From a virus, in IMG/VR virus record IMGVR_UViG_3300043184_000065: 35,734 nucleotides of DNA; one strand, written 5' to 3'. The translations under genes were made by a program, and so were the position numbers. Each line of letters opens with the position of its first letter. Position 1 is the stretch's first letter. The notes beneath the pieces are model-generated. The model made no database searches. It saw only the letters and a program-made list of their open reading frames with translations, and was not told the DNA's origin. Below are positions 8,132-14,486 of the stretch, in pieces.

Positions 8132-8477
8132 GCCACACCCCCAGCCCAAGCCCGCACCCGGCGACCTTCCCTGCCCCTCAACGCCGCTCGAAGCGTTCGC
8201 GGCCGAGGCCCAGAATTTTTGCACGGAGCGTGTCGACCCCGGACAGAGGAGGGAGCGGACGTTTGGGGGGGGGGCCCCCGGTCGACCGACCGCGCGCGCG
8301 CAGCCCCCCCCAGGGGGGGCGCGACAGCCCGCACCAGCCCGAGCGCCACCGCCCTGGCCGACGCCCGCCGGCGCGACCGCGAGGGATTTATGATCACTCG
8401 CGCACATGGAGCAACCCGTTGCAATCGCTGCACTTTCGCCCCCACGTCCAACGCGTGACGTCCAACTGTCCCGCCGG
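8132..8477. promoter_or_regulatory. 346-bp non-coding gap with homopolymer and palindromic elements upstream of the primase gene
   Basis: G10 8265-8274, C5 8275-8279, palindrome CGGTCGACCG 8279-8288, (CG)5 8291-8300, C8-A-G7 8304-8319, and ACGTCCAAC x2 at 8444-8466. Only Arg-rich shadow ORFs are present. Confidence 0.5.
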
Positions 8478-9074
8478 TCATTGGCTAACCCCTTGATTTT
8501 GCTCGATCTGCCCATGGTCGATCGGCTCGCCCTCGATCACCGCGCCGGCCCCGTCCAGCCCGCCGTCCACCAGCTGGAGCCGCTTCGCCAGGTCCGCCAG
8601 CGTCTCGCCCTCGCCCTGCGCCGGCGCGTTCAGCCCGGGCACCAGCAGCGTGATCGCGCCCGCGCTCTGCACCTGCAGGCGGACCGGCTGCTTGCCATGC
8701 ACGTAGGGCGCTACCTCCGAGGCCGCGCGCACCTGTAGCGCCAGCGCATCGGCCTTCGAGCAGCCGACCTCCGCCGCCAGTTCCTCGGGCGTGCGCTGAT
8801 ACACCGACGCCAGGAACAGCAGCGGGTCGCGCTGGGTGCTCAGGAAATACGCCACGAAGTCCTGTGTGCGCCGGTTGCGGCTGCCCGGCGGGCGGCCCCG
8901 GCCGCGCAGCGCCACCGCCTCGGCGGCGCGCGCCTGGCGCACCCGGTCGTGCGCCGGCAGATCGGGCTGCTCCACCGCCAGCAGGTCCAACTGGGCCGCC
9001 GGCGCCAGCGTCTGGCGCTCCGGCACGCCGACGGCTTCGGCGATCGCCCGCTCGATGCCCACCGACCGGGTCAT
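8478..9074 (-). CDS. Putative DNA-binding protein, possible small terminase subunit or regulator
   Basis: 198 aa from ATG 9074 (GTG 9083 also possible). The basic motif RGRGRPPGSRNRRT is followed by AASEVAPYVHGKQ, a pattern I associate with TerS-like or HTH phage proteins. It is not adjacent to terL. Confidence 0.35.
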   Translation of the reverse strand: MTRSVGIERAIAEAVGVPERQTLAPAAQLDLLAVEQPDLPAHDRVRQARAAEAVALRGRGRPPGSRNRRTQDFVAYFLSTQRDPLLFLASVYQRTPEELAAEVGCSKADALALQVRAASEVAPYVHGKQPVRLQVQSAGAITLLVPGLNAPAQGEGETLADLAKRLQLVDGGLDGAGAVIEGEPIDHGQIEQNQGVSQ

Positions 9075-9227
9075 GCCGCCCACCGCCGCGCCGAGGCCCG
9101 CGCCGACCGCGAGGGCCGGGCCGACCGCGAAAATTCTCCCGCGCCGCCCCTCTTTCCATCCATTTGTTTAATGATCGCAAGGGCTTGACCAGGCAGCCAG
9201 CCGCCACGACAGGGCCGGCGCAGCCCT

Positions 9228-9496
9228 TCTGTTACACTGCTACACCTGCTGTTACACAAGTGTAGCAGCGATTTCCCCCTAGTTTCCCAATAGGTTAGTC
9301 CATCTGTTACAGTGTTACAGTGGAAAACGAACCCCCTACATGTGCGCGGGTGCGTGCGCGAGCGTGCGCGCACATGCGCGATTGTCACGCGCGCGCGAGG
9401 CCGGTGTAACACTGTAACAGACGCGCCAAACCCTTGATCTTGCTGGACTATCGGGCTGTTACACCAGTGTAGCAGCCGGTGTAGCAGTGTAACAGC
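9228..9496. repeat. Cluster of about 12 copies of CTG(T/C)TACA(C/G), including two 22-bp palindromes and a central 10-bp inverted repeat
   Basis: Copies at 9229, 9237, 9249, 9260(inv), 9304, 9313, 9404(inv), 9413(inv), 9456, 9467(inv), 9479(inv) and 9488(inv). Palindromes lie at 9248-9269 and 9455-9476. CATGTGCGCG at 9339-9348 pairs with CGCGCACATG at 9367-9376. Confidence 0.85.
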
Positions 9497-9651
9497 CACC
9501 CCCCCGCGTCCGCACGCCCGAAACCTGTTCGAAGTCAGCCACTTAGGGAACGGGGCTGCGACGACGCATGAAGCCGCACGGCCGCCGGGTCCGGGCGGCA
9601 CGGCCGTCCAGGCCGCACGACGGTGACCGCTCGAACAGGCCCGCGCACCGC

Positions 9652-10020
9652 TCATGGCTGCACCGCCAGCTGGGCCATGGGCACCCCGCCCAGCGTCAGG
9701 CCGAGCGTCAGGCCGAGCGCCACGCCGATCAGCACCCCGCCCAGCGCCAGCCCGAGCGTCAGGCCGAGCGCCACGCCGATCAGCACCCCGCCCAGGAACA
9801 CCCGCAGCAGGCCGCGCAGCAGTCGCTGGCGCGGTCCAGCCGGCAGCACCAGTGGATCACGTTCGCGCCACGGGTGGCCAGCCAGCAGCGCTGGCCGCTG
9901 GCTGGCGACAATCTGCTCACCCTGGTGCGACATCAGGGCCGCCGCGCCAGGGTGAGGGGCGAAGCGCCACGCGGCGCAGGCACGGGCCCGAGGGGGGCTC
10001 GAAGGTCCGTCCGCGCTCAT
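9652..10020 (-). CDS. Glycine-zipper membrane protein (122 aa) with an internal 17-aa tandem duplication
   Basis: ATG 10020 overlaps the Cro-like stop (ATGA). C-terminus: FLGGVLIGVALGLTLGLALGGVLIGVALGLTLGLTLGG. 51-bp units lie at 9694-9744 and 9745-9795. GC3 is high in this frame. Confidence 0.6.
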   Translation of the reverse strand: MSADGPSSPPRARACAAWRFAPHPGAAALMSHQGEQIVASQRPALLAGHPWRERDPLVLPAGPRQRLLRGLLRVFLGGVLIGVALGLTLGLALGGVLIGVALGLTLGLTLGGVPMAQLAVQP

Positions 10021-10265
10021 GCCGCCACGCCGTCCCGGCTCGGCCGCCCAGGGTCGGGCCCAGGCTCCGGCAGGGTGTAGAAATCGTTCGGGGTCACCGC
10101 GCCGCCGGTGTAGGCGACGATGCGGGCGATCGTGGCCGGGCGCGGAAACCGCCGCCCGACCTCAATATCGTAAATCGCGCAGACGCCGACCCCCACAGCC
10201 TCGGCCACGTCGCGCCGCGTGCGGCGATGTTTCGCGCGCCACAATTTAAGCGGATGCGGCACCAT
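10017..10265 (-). CDS. Cro-like XRE-family HTH regulator (82 aa), first gene of the leftward lytic train
   Basis: ATG 10265 with GGAG 5 nt upstream. Sequence: MVPHPLKLWRAKHRRTRRDVAEAVGVGVCAIYDIEVGRRFPRPATIARI. It is divergent from the XRE repressor gene. Confidence 0.7.
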   Translation of the reverse strand: MVPHPLKLWRAKHRRTRRDVAEAVGVGVCAIYDIEVGRRFPRPATIARIVAYTGGAVTPNDFYTLPEPGPDPGRPSRDGVAA

Positions 10266-10360
10266 GCAGGCTCCAACAACGGGTGAGCGCATAGCGCTAT
10301 GTCTTTATGCGAAATCTTGTCAACCCCCAAGGCGAATGCTCTATGGATTGATATGTCGCG
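10266..10360. promoter_or_regulatory. Divergent switch region between the Cro-like and repressor genes
   Basis: Lower GC. A perfect 12-bp palindrome CATAGCGCTATG lies at 10290-10301. TTGTCA and TTGACG -35-like hexamers are present, plus GTGCC-N5-GGCAC at 10371-10385. Confidence 0.55.
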
Positions 10361-10711
10361 TTGACGTATTGTGCCGAAATGGCACGAATGACGCGACTGC
10401 AAATGTTTCGGGAGGCGCGCGGGCTGTCGCAGACAGCGCTGGCGGCCCGGCTGGGCGTGTCGCAGGGCGAGGTTTCCAATTGGGAGCTCGGAAAACGGCA
10501 GATCACGCTGGATCGGCTGGCCACCTTCGCCCGCGTCCTGGACTGCTCGATTGCTGACCTGCTGACCGACGAGGACAATCCAGCGCGCCTGTCGTCGCAG
10601 GACGCAATCCTCGTCGAGTCGTTCCGCGCTGTGCCACTGGACGCACGCCCCTACGTGCTGTCGATGGTGCGCAGCCTCAGCGCGCCCGCCGATATCGCCA
10701 GCGCCGCATGA
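10361..10711 (+). CDS. XRE-family (CI-like) repressor
   Basis: HTH sequence GLSQTALAARLGVSQGEVSNWELGKRQITLDRL. Start is uncertain: TTG 10361, or ATG 10379, 10388 or 10403. No SD before any of them, so a leaderless mRNA is possible. Confidence 0.75.
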   Translation: MTYCAEMARMTRLQMFREARGLSQTALAARLGVSQGEVSNWELGKRQITLDRLATFARVLDCSIADLLTDEDNPARLSSQDAILVESFRAVPLDARPYVLSMVRSLSAPADIASAA

Positions 10712-10905
10712 ACTGGCGGCAGATCGTGCCGCTGCTGCTCTACGAGGCGGTCGGCCTTGGCACCTGGGTGTTCCTCACGTTCTTCGACGGTTTCAATTAT
10801 ACCTGGTGAAACTGGATCATTGCTTTGCCAGCCAATGCGTTCTTGTCTGCCGTCTGGCCGCTTTACTGGCTCATCTTGCGGCCGCTGTTTGGCGGACTTG
10901 ACTAG
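10708..10905 (+). pseudogene. Small 2-TM membrane protein ORF interrupted by an in-frame TGA (10807-10809)
   Basis: ATG 10708 overlaps the repressor stop (ATGA). Translation: MNWRQIVPLLLYEAVGLGTWVFLTFFDGFNYTW*NWIIALPANAFLSAVWPLYWLILRPLFGGLD*. Both halves look like genuine TM segments in the same frame. Confidence 0.45.
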
Positions 10906-10930
10906 CCCAGCAGCCGGTCCAGCCAGGGGC

Positions 10931-11164
10931 CTAGCCGGCGCCGCCCAGCACCGCGTGCCACCAGCGCCGCGCCGCGCCCGCCAGCGCCCACATCAGCCCG
11001 ACCAGCATGGCCACCACCGCACCGCCCACCAGCAGCGCCGGCGCGGCGGCAATCAGCACCAGCGCGTCGATCCCCGTCACGGCGCCCAGACCGCCCCAGG
11101 CCAACCCCCACGGGATCCAGCCGAAGCAAACCACCAGCGCCACGTCCTCACGCGACCAGGCCAT
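10931..11164 (-). CDS. Small membrane protein (77 aa), lone minus-strand gene inside the plus-strand lysogeny region
   Basis: Strong SD AAGGAGGG 7 nt before ATG 11164. Sequence: MAWSREDVALVVCFGWIPWGLAWGGLGAVTGIDALVLIAAAPALLVGGAVVAMLVGLMWALAG. Confidence 0.65.
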   Translation of the reverse strand: MAWSREDVALVVCFGWIPWGLAWGGLGAVTGIDALVLIAAAPALLVGGAVVAMLVGLMWALAGAARRWWHAVLGGAG

Positions 11165-11293
11165 CGTCCTGCCCTCCTTGGCGCACCAGCACGCCTCAAG
11201 CCAGCGGCCTGGTCAACACCGACCTTCGCAGCCGCGCCGCTCTGCGCGCAGCGTGGTGCCCATAGCGGCCGGGTGTTTGCCGACAATGCCATA

Positions 11294-11323
11294 TTGACAT
11301 GATATAGAACTGTGACGTAGCTA
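11294..11323 (+). promoter_or_regulatory. Candidate sigma70-type promoter for the 11350-16077 operon
   Basis: Perfect -35 TTGACA at 11294-11299, then an 18-nt spacer and a weak -10 TAGCTA at 11318-11323. GGGAGG SD at 11339-11344 precedes ATG 11350. Local AT-rich island. Confidence 0.3.
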
Positions 11324-11349
11324 GGCCCCCAGTCCACTGGGAGGCCCGC

Positions 11350-11610
11350 ATGCTCGACCTGTCGCCACCGCCCGCCGCTGCGCCGCTGCGCCGCGCCTGG
11401 CATCACCTGCGCAGCGCTGTCGCCGGCGCTGATCGCGCGCTCAATGGCGCGCTGGATCGGCTGCGCACCAGCCCGCGCCACGCCCGCCTGCGCCGCCGCA
11501 CCGGCCGCGCCCTGGCGGCGCTGCAGCGCTTGGCCCTCCTGGCCGCCCTGCTGCTGCTGGCCGTCAGCCTCGGCCGCGTCGCCGGCGCCCTGCTGGGCGT
11601 CCAGCCATGA
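11350..11610 (+). CDS. Small membrane-anchored protein (86 aa)
   Basis: GGGAGG SD. Arg-rich N-terminus, then LALLAALLLLAVSLGRVAGALLG. Confidence 0.55.
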   Translation: MLDLSPPPAAAPLRRAWHHLRSAVAGADRALNGALDRLRTSPRHARLRRRTGRALAALQRLALLAALLLLAVSLGRVAGALLGVQP

Positions 11611-11756
11611 CCGCGCCCGATCGTCCCGCGCCGCCGACCGGCGGCCGCCTCACCCGCTGGCAGCTGCTGGTACTGCTCGCCCTGCTGGCCGCCAGCACCA
11701 CCGTGCTGGGCCTGCTGGTGCGCGTCGTGCACGCCCTTTTGGAGACCCGGCCATGA
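11607..11756 (+). CDS. Small single-TM protein (49 aa; below the ORF-track cutoff)
   Basis: Manual translation gives MTAPDRPAPPTGGRLTRWQLLVLLALLAASTTVLGLLVRVVHALLETRP. ATGA overlaps at both ends (11607 and 11753). Confidence 0.5.
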   Translation: MTAPDRPAPPTGGRLTRWQLLVLLALLAASTTVLGLLVRVVHALLETRP

Positions 11757-12127
11757 CCACAACAGCCATGACCACCTCACCCCGCACCGCCGCCCCCGGC
11801 ACCGCGCGCAGCAGCGCCGATGATGCCGTCTGCGATCTGGTTGGCGCCATCGCCAGCGTGCGTGTGGCCGTCGATCGCGCCGGCACCGCCAGTGCCGATG
11901 CCGCCTGGGCCCGCGCGCGCGCCACGGCGGCCGCCGTGCTGGCGCACCCGCAGGCCGGGCGGCTCTATCGTGGCTGGACCCAGCTGGCCCAGCTGGTGGT
12001 CGACACGCGGCCCGGCGATGCGCTGGGCTTTGCCCATTTGTTCGCGCAATACCGGCTGGTCCTTGCCTCTAGGCTGCTGTGGCAGCCCGGCTGGATGGAC
12101 CGCGCCGACACCGGAGAGGCGGCATGA
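11753..12127 (+). CDS. Hypothetical protein (124 aa)
   Basis: ATG 11753 with GGAGA 7 nt upstream. Sequence: MTTTAMTTSPRTAAPG...FAHLFAQYRLVLASRLLWQPGW. Confidence 0.6.
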   Translation: MTTTAMTTSPRTAAPGTARSSADDAVCDLVGAIASVRVAVDRAGTASADAAWARARATAAAVLAHPQAGRLYRGWTQLAQLVVDTRPGDALGFAHLFAQYRLVLASRLLWQPGWMDRADTGEAA

Positions 12128-13044
12128 TGGTGGCTGAGCAGACGCAGGCGGCCGCGCGGCGCCGGCTGCGTCGGTGGTGGGAGCGCTGGCCGGAGCGGGC
12201 CGAGCAGGCCCGCGCTTTGATGGCGGCGGGGCAGCCGGACGTCGCGATTGCAGAGGCGGTCGGGCTTTCCAAGACGACGGTGTCCCGGTGGCGGCGGGGC
12301 ATCGGCCTGCGTAGGAAGGTCCCCCGGCCGCCGTGGTGGGAGAAAGACCCGTCGCGGGCTGCCGCCGTGCGCGCGGATTACGACGCTGGCGCCATCACTG
12401 GCGTGCTGGCGCAGCGGCACGGCGTGAGCCTGAAGATGGTGCGGCACTGGCTGAAAGCCCACGGTCTCACGTTCCATACACAGTGCGACTGGTCGGTGCG
12501 CTTACCGGAGCTGGCGGCGCTGGCGCGCGCGGCCTATGACAGGCTTGCCACCGACGCCGCCATCGCCGAGCTGTGCGGCCTGAACGTCGAGCAGGTGCGG
12601 CAGTGGCGCAAGCGCCACGAGCTGCCGGCGCACAAGCGCCCGCTGGGCTGGCGTGCGGCGGCGGCGCAGCCCCCCAAGCTGCGGCCGGGCACGCGCGGCG
12701 GCGAACTGACCGCCTCCACCGAGCGGCCGGGCACGCGCGGCGGCGAACTGACCGCCTCCACCGAGCGGCCGGGCACGCGCGGCGGCGGACTGACCGCCTC
12801 CACCGAGCGGCCGACGGAGCGCCAGACCGGTGTGCTGGCCGTGGCCATCCGGGCGCTGCGCACGGCGGGTTACAGCGTGGCGGACGCGCGCATCGCCCAT
12901 TGGCAGGGGGCCATTCCGTCGGGCGCCACGACCCAGTGGCAGGTGGGCCGGCGCGTGCTGAGTGCGCCCGAGCTGCTGCGCCACGCCCTGCGCCACGGCC
13001 GCCTGCTGCCCGACGAGCGCGCCAGCGTGGAGGCGGCGCTGTGA
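12124..13044 (+). CDS. Triple helix-turn-helix DNA-binding protein with a 14-aa x3 tandem repeat linker (306 aa)
   Basis: ATG 12124 overlaps the upstream stop (ATGA). Three HTH-like segments: DVAIAEAVGLSKTTVSRWRR, ITGVLAQRHGVSLKMVRHWLKAHG and DAAIAELCGLNVEQVRQWRKRH. The repeat unit is RPGTRGGELTASTE. Confidence 0.6.
   Translation: MMVAEQTQAAARRRLRRWWERWPERAEQARALMAAGQPDVAIAEAVGLSKTTVSRWRRGIGLRRKVPRPPWWEKDPSRAAAVRADYDAGAITGVLAQRHGVSLKMVRHWLKAHGLTFHTQCDWSVRLPELAALARAAYDRLATDAAIAELCGLNVEQVRQWRKRHELPAHKRPLGWRAAAAQPPKLRPGTRGGELTASTERPGTRGGELTASTERPGTRGGGLTASTERPTERQTGVLAVAIRALRTAGYSVADARIAHWQGAIPSGATTQWQVGRRVLSAPELLRHALRHGRLLPDERASVEAAL
12681..12814 (+). repeat. 42-bp tandem repeat, about 3.2 copies, in frame inside the triple-HTH gene
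   Basis: gcggccgggcacgcgcggcggcgaactgaccgcctccaccga at 12681, 12723 and 12765 (third copy has gaa->gga), plus a partial fourth copy. Confidence 0.9.
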
Positions 13045-13517
13045 GCGGGGACCGCCTGCTAAGCCGCCATGCGGCGCTGCTGCCGGTGCTGCCCGCGGAT
13101 CTGCAGGCGGTGTCGCTGGCCTATGTCGCGGCCCGGCTGGGCGTCTCGCTGTCCACCGCCCGGCGCCGGGTCGCGTGGCTCAGCGCGCGCCACGGGTTTC
13201 CGGCACCGCTGCCGGCGCCGGGGCTGCGCAGCCCGCGCTGGCTGCGCGTCGGCGTCGATGGCTGGTTTGCCCGCCAGGCGCCGCGTGATGCGCTGCTGGC
13301 CGCCCAGGGTGCGGCGCTGCACGGCTGGTCCGCCACGCTGGCCGCCCGCGCGGCGCAGCTGGCGCCTTCCCATCCCTGGCCGGTCGGGGCGCCTGCGGGC
13401 GGCGGACCGGATGCGGATCAGGCGGTGAGTGCCGCATGCCCAAAAACCCCGCCCGCCGCCGGTGCCCGCACCACTCCCCCGGGCGCCGGCGGCACCCTGC
13501 CCAGACGACAGCGCTGA
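13041..13517 (+). CDS. AlpA/Xis-type (HTH_17-like) DNA-binding protein (158 aa)
   Basis: GTG 13041 overlaps the upstream stop (GTGA). Sequence: VSLAYVAARLGVSLSTARRRVAWLSARHGFPAPLP...PRWLRVGVDGWF. Confidence 0.55.
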   Translation: MSGDRLLSRHAALLPVLPADLQAVSLAYVAARLGVSLSTARRRVAWLSARHGFPAPLPAPGLRSPRWLRVGVDGWFARQAPRDALLAAQGAALHGWSATLAARAAQLAPSHPWPVGAPAGGGPDADQAVSAACPKTPPAAGARTTPPGAGGTLPRRQR

Positions 13518-13528
13518 AAGGCCCGCGC

Positions 13529-14188
13529 ATGACCACCACCATCACCATCACCACCGTGTCCGGCCGGCGCATCGACCTGCGGGCGCCCGATCCGCGCAAG
13601 CTGACGATCGAGGACATCGCCCACAGCCTATCCATGCTCTGCCGCTACAGCGGCAACACCCGCGCGTTCTGGTCGGTCGCCCAGCACAGCGTCCTCGTCG
13701 CCGCCCTGGTGCCCGTGGTCGCCGATCACCTGGGTCACGAATGGCGGCCGGGCCATCTGGCGGCGGCGCTGCTGCACGACGCGGAGGAAATGCTGCTGGG
13801 CGACATCACCACCCCCGTCAAAGCGGCTTTGCGCGCGGGCGCCTGCACGGCGCTGGACGATCTGTCGGCCGGCATCAGCCGCGCCGTCGAACAGGCGTTC
13901 GGCATCCACGACAAGTGGCTGGCGCACCCGCTGGTCAAGGCCGCCGACGCGCTGGCGCGCGATCTGGAGATCGAGTGGGGCCTGGCCTGTCCGGGCGCTA
14001 AGCCCAGCAGCGCGCGGGCGCTGCGCGCCACGGCCAACGCCGCCCTGCAGCAGCTGGAACTGGCGCGGGACCTGGACCTGAGTAAGCCACTCTATCCGCT
14101 GCGGGCGCGGTGGCTGTTTCTGCATATGTGGCGCGCAGAAGTTTCTGCAGCAGTTCTGCGATCCGGTCTGAACCCGCAGCACGCTTGA
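13529..14188 (+). CDS. HD-domain phosphohydrolase, YfdR-like (prophage 5'-nucleotidase family)
   Basis: ATG 13529, 219 aa. IEDIAHSLSMLCRYSGNTRAFWSVAQHSVLVAALVP...ALLHDAEEMLLGDITTPVK...VKAADALARDLE is collinear with my recollection of E. coli CPS-53 YfdR. Confidence 0.75.
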   Translation: MTTTITITTVSGRRIDLRAPDPRKLTIEDIAHSLSMLCRYSGNTRAFWSVAQHSVLVAALVPVVADHLGHEWRPGHLAAALLHDAEEMLLGDITTPVKAALRAGACTALDDLSAGISRAVEQAFGIHDKWLAHPLVKAADALARDLEIEWGLACPGAKPSSARALRATANAALQQLELARDLDLSKPLYPLRARWLFLHMWRAEVSAAVLRSGLNPQHA

Positions 14189-14277
14189 CAGGCCGGCAAG
14201 GTTCCGATAATCGGAACACCTCGCGCAACACACCGGCGCCGGCATGCGGCCGCGCCAGGAGCCGGAAAGGGCTGATC

Positions 14278-14475
14278 ATGACACACCCAGACGCTTTGGC
14301 CCTCGCCTTGCCGCTGCCCGCCTGTACCGCTGCCGAGCCGCCATCGCGGGCGCCGGTCGACCGCCAGCGCGTGGCGCTTCAGGCGGCCGCCCCCCTGCGC
14401 GGCGGCCGGGCCGATGTCCTGCCGGTGGATGGCTGCCCGCTGTTCGATCTGGCGCGCGCGCCGCGCCTGCTGTAA
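14278..14475 (+). CDS. Hypothetical small protein (65 aa)
   Basis: ATG 14278 preceded by GGAAAGGG. Sequence: MTHPDALALALPLPACTAAEPPSRAPVDRQR... Confidence 0.4.
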   Translation: MTHPDALALALPLPACTAAEPPSRAPVDRQRVALQAAAPLRGGRADVLPVDGCPLFDLARAPRLL

Positions 14476-14486
14476 GGCGCGCCGCC

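Noticed and set aside
8128-8481. ORFs 8128-8481 (-) and 8219-8458 (+) in the primase-upstream gap
   Set aside because: Both are Arg/Pro/Gly-rich translations of homopolymer and palindromic DNA. They lack SD sequences and coupling to neighbours.
8478-9074. Confident assignment of this gene as the small terminase
   Set aside because: Only a basic GRPPGSRNRRT segment and a PY.HGK-type motif support the assignment. The gene is separated from terL by the replication genes. It is kept as a low-confidence alternative rather than a firm call.
9071-9655. 194-aa minus-strand ORF spanning the repeat hub
   Set aside because: It is Arg/Cys/His-rich and composition-driven, has no SD, and is built from the 9-mer repeats themselves. 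The region has lower GC and non-coding character.
12681-12814. CRISPR-like regular repeats (also 9694-9795 and 1-305)
   Set aside because: The units are directly adjacent with no spacers. Their lengths are multiples of 3 and they lie in frame within well-supported coding sequences. No cas genes are present.
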